From IMG/VR virus record IMGVR_UViG_3300036944_000233: DNA of 20,000 nucleotides; one strand, written 5' to 3'. Each line of letters opens with the position of its first letter. The stretch's first letter is position 1. Made by a program: the position numbers and the translations under genes. Below the pieces are notes generated by a model, which saw nothing but the letters and a program-made list of their open reading frames with translations, was not told the origin of the DNA and did not search any database. Positions 7,778 through 14,418 of the stretch are shown piece by piece. This stretch comes from an uncultured virus (IMG/VR IMGVR_UViG_3300036944_000233). Lineage: Duplodnaviria; Heunggongvirae; Uroviricota; Caudoviricetes.

Positions 7778-9709
7778 ATGGCATTCGGATTTGGTTTTGG
7801 CATGCCGCGTATTTTTTCAGCAAGCAGAGCGTTTTCCCCCGCCTCTTTCTTCGCCAACGGCGAGCAGGGATGGTGGTATGACCCCAGCAACTTCGCCACC
7901 CTGTTTCAAGACAGCGCAGGCACAACGCCCGTGACAGCGGTGGAGCAGCCTGTGGGGTTGCAGTTGGACTTGAGCAAGGGGTTGGTGCTTGGACCTACGT
8001 TGGTGACGAATGGGGACTTTAGTGATGGAACCACAACGGGCTGGACGGCAGGTGCTTCAACGCTGTCCGTTGTAAGCGGCGCAATGCGCGTCACCAATAT
8101 CGCTGTAAACTTCGGAAATTCCCAGCAAATTGATGTTACTGAAATTGGCAAAACTTATAGGCTTACTTTCACTGTTGGCTCCCAGACGGGAACCTCAAGC
8201 GCGTGGATTGGAACGTCGCCCGGCGGGACGCAGTACCGAGACTTTGACAACATTTCCAGCGGAAGTTACGCCCTGACATTTACAGCAACATCAACTACGC
8301 TGTCACTGCGCTTTCTTAACCGTCAAACGACTATCGGCAATTTCTCGGACTTTGACAACATCTCCGTCAAAGAACTCCCCGGCAACCACCGCTTCCAGTC
8401 CACCAGCGCCAACCGCCCTGTGGTATCTGCGCGGGTGAACTTGCTGACCAAGACTGAGGATTTCAGTGATGCGGTGTGGGTGAAAACTGGATTGAATGCT
8501 TTTGGCAGTGGCTCTGTTGCAAACACCACTGCAACAACTGACCCTCTTGGCGGGAACACCGCTGACTTTATTCAAGAAAACAGTGCTAATTCACAGCATG
8601 AGGTTTATGTTAACAAAACTGAAACCACGGGGCCGCTTTTAAATTACACGTACAGCGTAAGAGTGAAGTCTGCTGGAAGAACTGCATTTAACGTATCCAT
8701 CACGGGTTTCACTGGTAATAACTATGTTGCGGTGTTGTTTGATCTTTCTTCAACAGGCTCTGTTGCGCTTGTAACTCAAATTGGCACAACTACCCATATA
8801 TCAAGCAGTATTTCCCCTGCGGGAAATGGATGGTTTGTTTGCACAGTGACAGTGAATAGTCCGGATATACGGTACATATTTAATGGAATGTCAAACACCC
8901 TTTCACCAACGTACGATTCCCTTGGAAGACCTTCGTATACGGGCAACGGCACAAGCGGAATCTACATTTGGGGCGCAGACCTCCGCGTCACCAACCAAGG
9001 CGTCAACCTCCCCGCATACCAGCGCGTCAACACCAGCACGGACTACGACAGCACAGGCTTTCCGACGTACATCAAGCCCAACGGCAGCAACCAGTTCATG
9101 CAGACCAACAGCATCAACTTCACCGCCACGGACAAGATGACCGTGTGGCAGGGGGTGCGGAAGTTGAGTGATGCTGCGGCTGCAATATTGATGGAATTAA
9201 GTACAGTAGCGCCTGCAAACAATGGTTCGTTTTATGTGGCTGCTCCAGACAGTTCGGCAACTTATGGTTTTGGATTGCGAGGGACGGCTAGCATAAATAG
9301 AAACGCGTCAACGTATACGGCACCCATCACCAATGTTTTTTCTACATCGTATGACATTGCACAGGCGGCCCCTGCCACAGAATTGACAATCCGGATCAAT
9401 GCGGCAACCCCGGGCACTATTGTAAATGGAGGCGCTGCGGACGCAGGAACCGGAAACTTTGGTACGTGGCCCGCCTACTTCTACATGCGTGCTGGCACAT
9501 CCCTGCCCTTCAACGGCAACGACTACGGCTCAATCGCCCGAGGCGCAGCATCCACCGCAGCGCAGATTACCAACGGGGAAGCGTACATGGCAGCCAAAAC
9601 GGGAGTGACGCTGCTTGTCGAAACCTTTGATTTCATCACCACGGACGCAGGGGACCAGATTGTCACTGACGCTGGTGACTCAGTTACAACAGACATTTAT
9701 TACGTATAA
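7778..9709 (+). CDS. Putative head-spike fibre / multi-lectin-domain virion protein (643 aa)
   Basis: Follows the spike-base-like gene. Contains a CBM-like segment (LVTNGDFSDGTTTGW...DNISVKE), a spike-fibre-like segment (NLLTKTEDFSDAVW...GNGWF...GIYIWGA) and a LamG/ConA-like frame (WYDPSNFATLFQDSAGTTPV...). Confidence 0.65.
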   Translation: MAFGFGFGMPRIFSASRAFSPASFFANGEQGWWYDPSNFATLFQDSAGTTPVTAVEQPVGLQLDLSKGLVLGPTLVTNGDFSDGTTTGWTAGASTLSVVSGAMRVTNIAVNFGNSQQIDVTEIGKTYRLTFTVGSQTGTSSAWIGTSPGGTQYRDFDNISSGSYALTFTATSTTLSLRFLNRQTTIGNFSDFDNISVKELPGNHRFQSTSANRPVVSARVNLLTKTEDFSDAVWVKTGLNAFGSGSVANTTATTDPLGGNTADFIQENSANSQHEVYVNKTETTGPLLNYTYSVRVKSAGRTAFNVSITGFTGNNYVAVLFDLSSTGSVALVTQIGTTTHISSSISPAGNGWFVCTVTVNSPDIRYIFNGMSNTLSPTYDSLGRPSYTGNGTSGIYIWGADLRVTNQGVNLPAYQRVNTSTDYDSTGFPTYIKPNGSNQFMQTNSINFTATDKMTVWQGVRKLSDAAAAILMELSTVAPANNGSFYVAAPDSSATYGFGLRGTASINRNASTYTAPITNVFSTSYDIAQAAPATELTIRINAATPGTIVNGGAADAGTGNFGTWPAYFYMRAGTSLPFNGNDYGSIARGAASTAAQITNGEAYMAAKTGVTLLVETFDFITTDAGDQIVTDAGDSVTTDIYYV

Positions 9710-9718
9710 GGAACCACC

Positions 9719-10606
9719 ATGGCAAACGTACCAATTTCAAACCTGACGACAACGTGGAACAACGTATCCACCACGTTCACCGGCATCAAGCTCAACGTCA
9801 CCGACACAGCCTCGGCATCTGCATCACTGTTGATGGACTTGCAGTTAGGCGGGGTGAGCAAGTTCAAAGTACCAAAGAACGGCAACCCGGTGTTTGTCGT
9901 GCCTACTTCCGGCGCTCTTGAAGTAAATGGCAACGGAGATGGCTTTCGGGCTATAAACGGAGGCTCCACGTCTGCTTACGGCGTTTACGGCGTCCGAATG
10001 GGTTCAAACAACTCACTAAGCTGGGGTTCAAGTGCGGACGGACCTGCAACTGCCGACACGATTTTGGTACGCGACGCAGCCAACACCCTAGCCCAGCGCA
10101 ACGGCGTCAACGCGCAAACCTTCCGGCTGTACAACACCTTCACAGACGCCAGCAACTACGAGCGTGGGTTCATGCGGTGGAGCAGCAACACGTTGGAAAT
10201 TGGCACCGAAAACGCTGGTACAGGTGCGTCGCGCGCGCTTAGGTTTTATTCGGCCAATGGAAGCGTTGATATTGTAGACGGCTCAGGTATGGCTCAAATA
10301 AATTTCAATATTCAATCAGCCAATGGCTTGCGTGTAGCTTCAGATCGACCAATTGGGTTTACATCTGGAGCAGCCAATGGTTCAACGCCGGATACAACGA
10401 TTCGCCGCGTGACCACAGGAATTCTTGGTGTTCGCGGTGGCGCTATTACAGACCCCGGCGCTCTGTCATTTATTGAGCAAACTGCCCCCGCAGCCCCCGC
10501 AGCCAACGGCGTTTACATCTACGCCAAAGATAATGGCGCAGGTAAAACTCAACTGATGGCCCTGTTTGCAACAGGTGCCGCAGTCCAAATCGCAATCGAA
10601 CCATGA
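9719..10606 (+). CDS. Fibre-like virion protein (295 aa)
   Basis: AAGGA RBS; G/S/T/N-rich; internally repeated DT(I/T)(L/I)xR segments (DTILVRDAAN, DTTIRRVTT); C-terminal APAAPAANGVYIYAKDNG. Confidence 0.6.
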   Translation: MANVPISNLTTTWNNVSTTFTGIKLNVTDTASASASLLMDLQLGGVSKFKVPKNGNPVFVVPTSGALEVNGNGDGFRAINGGSTSAYGVYGVRMGSNNSLSWGSSADGPATADTILVRDAANTLAQRNGVNAQTFRLYNTFTDASNYERGFMRWSSNTLEIGTENAGTGASRALRFYSANGSVDIVDGSGMAQINFNIQSANGLRVASDRPIGFTSGAANGSTPDTTIRRVTTGILGVRGGAITDPGALSFIEQTAPAAPAANGVYIYAKDNGAGKTQLMALFATGAAVQIAIEP

Positions 10607-10749
10607 CCCTAGAACTTACCCCACAAGAAGCCCAGCAACTCATTGGTCTGCTGGACCTCGCAACCAAATCCGGTGGCCTTCAAGCTGCCCAAATGGCCCT
10701 TCCCCTCGCTGTGAAAATTCAGACCGAAATTGACAAGGAACCAAAATGA
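10603..10749 (+). CDS. Small helical protein (48 aa), possible fibre chaperone; absent from ORF track
   Basis: MTLELTPQEAQQLIGLLDLATKSGGLQAAQMALPLAVKIQTEIDKEPK; ATGA overlaps at both ends exactly fill the gap between neighbours. Confidence 0.75.
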   Translation: MTLELTPQEAQQLIGLLDLATKSGGLQAAQMALPLAVKIQTEIDKEPK

Positions 10750-10952
10750 TCATCACCATCGACACCAACCTGCCAGCACCCGGCCCATTCGACACCGACG
10801 AGGCATATTGCCAGTTCGTGATGAGCAACGCTGCTCTGAGCTACCAAGCGCAATACAACACGGCCACCGCTGACGAAGGCATCACAGCAGCGCGTGAGGC
10901 GTACAACGCCAGCCTGCCAGCGCCACAAGAGCCCGATCCATTGGCGGCCTGA
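10746..10952 (+). CDS. Hypothetical protein (68 aa)
   Basis: AAGGA RBS, ATGA coupling and phage-typical codon usage. Confidence 0.7.
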   Translation: MIITIDTNLPAPGPFDTDEAYCQFVMSNAALSYQAQYNTATADEGITAAREAYNASLPAPQEPDPLAA

Positions 10953-10954
10953 TC

Positions 10955-11233
10955 ATGGGTGACTCCACACTTGCAACCGTCATCGTGCTGGCCGCCGACC
11001 AAGCAGCCGCACAAGCCGACTTCCCAGACTACTTCAACGCCCCGGCCAGCCCAGACGGTCAGCCACCAATCACGAACTACCTGACAAACGGGTACTTTGA
11101 TGACAACGAGCTGGACACCATCTGCAACGATGTGCTCTGGCCGCGAAAGGTGTACTTCGGCTCCCTAGATGTCGGTCTGCAAAAGGCAGGTCTGATGCTG
11201 GTGTACCCTGAGCCAATCGTCGAAGAGGTTTGA
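10955..11233 (+). CDS. Hypothetical acidic protein (92 aa)
   Basis: Starts 2 nt after the previous stop with consistent codon usage. Confidence 0.7.
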   Translation: MGDSTLATVIVLAADQAAAQADFPDYFNAPASPDGQPPITNYLTNGYFDDNELDTICNDVLWPRKVYFGSLDVGLQKAGLMLVYPEPIVEEV

Positions 11234-11235
11234 TC

Positions 11236-11493
11236 ATGGCCAAAGCATCTCCAAAGAAAAAAGGCCCGTCGCTTGCCGTGGGTCGTGGTGAGAAATTGCC
11301 TGTCTCCAAAGGTGCTGGTCTGACGGCCAAGGGGCGTGCCAAATATAATGCAGCAACGGGCAGTAACCTCAAGGCACCACAGCCGCAAGGTGGCCCCCGC
11401 AAAGACTCATTTTGCGCTAGAATGGCACCTATCGCAGAAAAGTCTGAAAAGGGTAGCCGTGCAAGAGCATCAATGCAACGATGGAAATGTTGA
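11236..11493 (+). CDS. Small basic conserved phage protein (DUF6321-like, 85 aa)
   Basis: GAGG RBS, ATG 11236; motif GLTAKGRAKYN...LKAPQPQGGPRKDSFCARM...RWKC. Confidence 0.75.
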   Translation: MAKASPKKKGPSLAVGRGEKLPVSKGAGLTAKGRAKYNAATGSNLKAPQPQGGPRKDSFCARMAPIAEKSEKGSRARASMQRWKC

Positions 11494-11942
11494 AATGTGG
11501 GCCGACATTCGCAACTACGAAGGCAGGTATCAAGTCAGCACGCTTGGGCGTGTGAAGTCGCTTGCGCGTATGCGCAGGGGTAAGTCTGGGTGCGAAGTCC
11601 CAGTGCCTGAAAAGATCATGGCACTTACTGCAAAAAAAGATACCGGGCGAACCAAACCGTATGTTGAAGTTCGGTTTCGCAACGGCGGCTTGCGCACGGA
11701 GCGTTGCAAGTCGTTTTTGGTTCATCGACTTGTTGCGGATGCGTTTATCAAACCCTTGGAAAAGGGTGAGCAGGTTGACCACAAAAACGGCATACATGCG
11801 GACAACCGCGTAGAAAATTTACGTGTGATGAGCTACATTGAGCATGGGAAAATACACCCGTTGATTTGCTCTGGTGAACTCAACAGACTTGGTACAGCGG
11901 CAAACACCGCTGCGGCGCTGAAACGATGGAAATGCTGATATG
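11477..11942 (+). repeat. Imperfect 21-bp direct repeat flanking the HNH gene (11477-11497 and 11922-11942)
   Basis: AACGATGGAAATGTTGAAATG versus AACGATGGAAATGCTGATATG, 19 of 21 identical; each encodes RWKC-stop plus the next ATG. Confidence 0.85.
11495..11938 (+). CDS. NUMOD4-HNH homing endonuclease (147 aa)
   Basis: NUMOD4 WADIRNYEGRYQVSTLGRVKS; HNH VHRLVADAF...VDHKNGIHADNRVENL. True start is ATG 11495, 1 nt after the upstream stop. Confidence 0.9.
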   Translation: MWADIRNYEGRYQVSTLGRVKSLARMRRGKSGCEVPVPEKIMALTAKKDTGRTKPYVEVRFRNGGLRTERCKSFLVHRLVADAFIKPLEKGEQVDHKNGIHADNRVENLRVMSYIEHGKIHPLICSGELNRLGTAANTAAALKRWKC

Positions 11943-12182
11943 GAACTGATGCTTTGGAACGCGGCGCTCAGCGTGATTGTTACCGTCATGGGATTCTTCC
12001 TCAAGGGCAGATTTGACGAGCTCGATCGCCTGAGCATTTTGCTCAACAGGACCCGGGAAGAGGTGGCACGCGACCACATCACCCGGCAGGAGTTCCGCGC
12101 TGACATGGCGCAGCTGCTTGACAGATTTGACCGGCTTGAGCGAAAGATTGACAATCTAAGGGGCAGCAATGCCATCAGTTAG
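11940..12182 (+). CDS. Small membrane-anchored coiled-coil protein (80 aa)
   Basis: Hydrophobic N-terminus (LMLWNAALSVIVTVMGFFL) followed by a heptad-rich helix (DRFDRLERKIDNL). Confidence 0.75.
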   Translation: MELMLWNAALSVIVTVMGFFLKGRFDELDRLSILLNRTREEVARDHITRQEFRADMAQLLDRFDRLERKIDNLRGSNAIS

Positions 12183-12621
12183 CCCCAAGCAGAAAAAGTT
12201 TATGAATGCTGTTGCGCATAACCCCGCTTTCGCAAAGAAGGCGGGTGTGCCACAATCGGTCGGACAAGACTTTTCTAACGCAGATAAGGCTTTGAAGGTC
12301 CGGTCTAGTGTACGTACCCGCCCTGACCGGCAGGGCGTTAATAACCCCAAAACCGACCACGGCAACGCGGCGTTTTTTAAAGAAGGTGGCGATATGAAAA
12401 AAGGTTACGCAGACGGTGGCATGTCCAAAGCGGACATGAAGCAAGACAAGGGCATGATGCAGAAGGCCGTGAACAAACACGAAGGCCGACTGCACAAGGG
12501 TGCGGAAATGACCAAGCTGTCCAAGGGTGGTTCTGCTTCTGCTCGTGCTGATGGCATGGCCACCAAAGGCAAAACTAAGGGTACTGCGGTCATGATGAAA
12601 CGTGGCGGCAAAGCCTGCTAA
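12169..12621 (+). CDS. Basic K/G/M-rich low-complexity protein (150 aa)
   Basis: AAGGGG RBS; MPSVSPKQKKFMNAVAHNPAFAKKAGVPQSVG; four hydrophobic-x-x-GG motifs and ADGMATKGKTKG. Confidence 0.8.
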   Translation: MPSVSPKQKKFMNAVAHNPAFAKKAGVPQSVGQDFSNADKALKVRSSVRTRPDRQGVNNPKTDHGNAAFFKEGGDMKKGYADGGMSKADMKQDKGMMQKAVNKHEGRLHKGAEMTKLSKGGSASARADGMATKGKTKGTAVMMKRGGKAC

Positions 12622-12631
12622 GGAGCAAAAC

Positions 12632-12859
12632 ATGAGCCCAGCTGAACAAGAAGCCCGCGAGATGATCGCGGACAAAAAGGCCCGCGCCGCTGCCACCAAA
12701 GCATACGACGCTGCGGATAAGACTCCGCCTGCACCGGCAGTTCCTCCTAAGCCAGATGCTTCTGCGCCAAAGCCTAAGAGAATGGCTAGTGGTGGTACCG
12801 CTTCCGCTCGCGCCGACGGCATCGCGTCGCGGGGTAAAACCCGTGGCAAGATGTGCTGA
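12632..12859 (+). CDS. Small basic protein (75 aa)
   Basis: AAGGAG RBS, ATG 12632; ends MASGGTASARADGIASRGKTRGKMC. Confidence 0.8.
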   Translation: MSPAEQEAREMIADKKARAAATKAYDAADKTPPAPAVPPKPDASAPKPKRMASGGTASARADGIASRGKTRGKMC

Positions 12860-12860
12860 C

Positions 12861-13136
12861 ATGATGGCAAGCCGCGGGATGGGGGCTGTGGCCTCCAGCA
12901 AGATGCCCAAGGCCAAGAAGACTGCTCGCCGAGACGATACTGACTTCACCCAGTATGCCGACGGCGGGAAAGTCAATGCGGCTGGCAACTACACCAAGCC
13001 CAGTCTGCGCAAGCGGATTGTGAGCCAAGTCAAAGCTGCGGCAACGCAAGGTACCGGAGCAGGCCAGTGGAGCGCGAGAAAAGCACAGCTCGTGGCCAAG
13101 AAATATAAGGCCGCAGGCGGCGGGTATCGTGACTAA
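12861..13136 (+). CDS. Basic protein, N-terminal half of a DUF5872-like protein (91 aa)
   Basis: ATG 12861, 1 nt after the previous stop; NYTKPSLRKRI...GQWSARKAQLVAKKYKAAGGGY. Confidence 0.75.
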   Translation: MMASRGMGAVASSKMPKAKKTARRDDTDFTQYADGGKVNAAGNYTKPSLRKRIVSQVKAAATQGTGAGQWSARKAQLVAKKYKAAGGGYRD

Positions 13137-13654
13137 GTGTCAAGTTGATCAATTCGGCTGCGAACTGTCTTGTGGTCAGTCCCAAATGCGCGTGCAATCC
13201 AGCGTAGGCTGTAGCCTTCTTTATGTAGCGCAGCAAACTCAGTTGCTTTATCAACAAACAACCGGCGTGCAGAATTTGCGTGACTCTGCGGTTGCCACTG
13301 ATGGCGCTCACCTCCTAACAGGAGGTTTTGTTTTTGCGAAACCCAGCGCAAGTTATCCAAGGCTAGGTTCAAACGGTCGCCGTCAATATGGTCAACTTGC
13401 GTCAATCCGTCAGGGTTTGGCAGGAATGCTAATGCCATCAGGCGGTGGACATATTTCGAGTTATTTCTTCCAAGAGAAACTCGCCAATAACCTGTTGTAT
13501 GCACCCAAGGTTTTAACACGGAAATTTTTTCGTACCGTACGCGGTGTTTTAAGTTTCTGTCTGGCCTATCTGACCAGTTTGACCGAACACTACCAAGGCT
13601 GCTTACTGAGTAGCGCCCGTCAGTGTCGGGTATTTCAATCCAGCGTTCGTTCAT
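13133..13654 (-). CDS. NUMOD4-HNH homing endonuclease with C-terminal HTH, antisense to the operon (173 aa)
   Basis: WIEIPDTDGRYSVSSLGSVRS; YVHRLMALAFLPNP...VDHIDGDRLNLALDNLRWVS; HTH GYSLRWIARAFGTDHKTV. GGAG RBS on the minus strand (CTCC 13661-13664). Confidence 0.9.
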   Translation of the reverse strand: MNERWIEIPDTDGRYSVSSLGSVRSNWSDRPDRNLKHRVRYEKISVLKPWVHTTGYWRVSLGRNNSKYVHRLMALAFLPNPDGLTQVDHIDGDRLNLALDNLRWVSQKQNLLLGGERHQWQPQSHANSARRLFVDKATEFAALHKEGYSLRWIARAFGTDHKTVRSRIDQLDT

Positions 13655-13673
13655 TTGGTTCTCCAGTTGGGGG

Positions 13674-13682
13674 ATTGTAGCA
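13674..13682 (-). promoter_or_regulatory. Extended -10 promoter for the antisense HNH gene
   Basis: Minus strand reads TG-C-TACAAT (13682 to 13674), 9 nt upstream of the GGAG RBS. No good -35. Confidence 0.55.
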
Positions 13683-13921
13683 TGGCACTACGAAAAGAAC
13701 AGCAGAGCTTAAAAACATGGTCTAATCAATCTTGGACCACCAAGAGTGGAAAGCCGTCGTCCAAAACAGGTGAGCGATACCTCCCAGAAGCTGCGATTAA
13801 AAGTCTCAGCTCCTCCGAATACGCAGCTACCACCAAAGCCAAACGCGCAGGTAAGGCAGCTGGAAAACAGTTTGTAGCCCAACCTGCAAAAATAGCAGCC
13901 AAAACCGCAAAGTACCGTTAA
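13682..13921 (+). CDS. Basic protein, C-terminal half of a DUF5872-like protein (79 aa)
   Basis: GGGGGA RBS, ATG 13682; QQSLKTWSNQSWTTKSGKPSSKTGERYLPEAAIKSL...GKQFVAQP. Confidence 0.8.
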   Translation: MALRKEQQSLKTWSNQSWTTKSGKPSSKTGERYLPEAAIKSLSSSEYAATTKAKRAGKAAGKQFVAQPAKIAAKTAKYR

Positions 13922-13932
13922 CAGGAGCAAAG

Positions 13933-14271
13933 ATGAAGACAGAAACCATGCGTATGTGCGCTGAAATGACAGCACGCCACCAGCTCAGCGCCCTTGGCCA
14001 AGTAGGCGAAGACGTGCAACAACTGCTTGACGAGCTGGCCACCGCCCCCGATGGCGACTTTACAATCAAGGTCAGCGTACGCAAGCCAAAGGCTCCTGCT
14101 GCCGCACCTGTGGTCGAAGCGCCGGTCGAAGCGCCGGTCGAAGCGCCGGTCGAAGCGCCGGTTGAAGAAACCCCGGTCGAAGAAACCCCGGTCGAAACTC
14201 CAGTGGTTGAAGAAACCCCGGTCGAAACTCCAGTGGTTGAAGAAGACACTCCTACCCCTACCGCGGAGTAA
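13933..14271 (+). CDS. Hypothetical protein with acidic PVE(A/ET) repeat tail (112 aa)
   Basis: AGGAG RBS; short helical N-terminus, then a P/V/E/T-rich repeat. Confidence 0.75.
   Translation: MKTETMRMCAEMTARHQLSALGQVGEDVQQLLDELATAPDGDFTIKVSVRKPKAPAAAPVVEAPVEAPVEAPVEAPVEETPVEETPVETPVVEETPVETPVVEEDTPTPTAE
14113..14244 (+). repeat. In-frame tandem repeats (12-, 15- and 30-bp units)
   Basis: GTCGAAGCGCCG x4 (14113-14160); GTYGAAGAAACCCCG x2 (14161-14190); GTCGAAACTCCAGTGGTTGAAGAA x2 at 30-bp spacing (14191, 14221). Confidence 0.95.
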
Positions 14272-14274
14272 TGT

Positions 14275-14418
14275 ATGGCTACCTCCGACGCGTATTTGGC
14301 CGGGCTCTTTGATGGCGAAGGGTGCGTTTCCATGCACCTCGCAAAGGCGGGATACGTGTCTGTGCAGGCCAAGCGCAAAGGTACGCGGACTGTAGGTTTG
14401 CTGGTGGAGGCCGCATGA
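14275..14418 (+). pseudogene. Internally deleted LAGLIDADG homing endonuclease remnant (47 codons); absent from ORF track
   Basis: MATSDAYLAGLFDGEGCVSMHLAKAGYVSVQAKRKGTRTVGLLVEAA; canonical YLAGLFDGEG helix; GGAG RBS upstream; too short for a nuclease fold. Confidence 0.8.

Noticed and set aside
8240..8361. 14-bp direct repeat GACTTTGACAACAT (8240-8253, 8348-8361)
   Set aside because: Both copies encode DFDNI in frame within one domain; no evidence of a mobile-element or recombinase site.
11336..11494. N-terminal extension of the HNH ORF given by the ORF track
   Set aside because: It overlaps the upstream gene out of frame; the NUMOD4 motif begins right at ATG 11495.
11940..12182. Holin call
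   Set aside because: One transmembrane segment only and no endolysin in the window; insufficient evidence.
13129..13680. 183-aa + strand ORF spanning the HNH insertion
   Set aside because: Shadow of the minus-strand HNH gene, which has clear motifs and an RBS; the + product has no recognisable features.
12861..13921. Group I intron that would rejoin the two DUF5872-like halves
   Set aside because: The HNH ORF fills the gap except for 27 bp, leaving no room for a ribozyme core, and each half has its own start and stop.
14113..14244. CRISPR-like array
   Set aside because: Units are adjacent, in frame and lack unique spacers; this is a coding tandem repeat.
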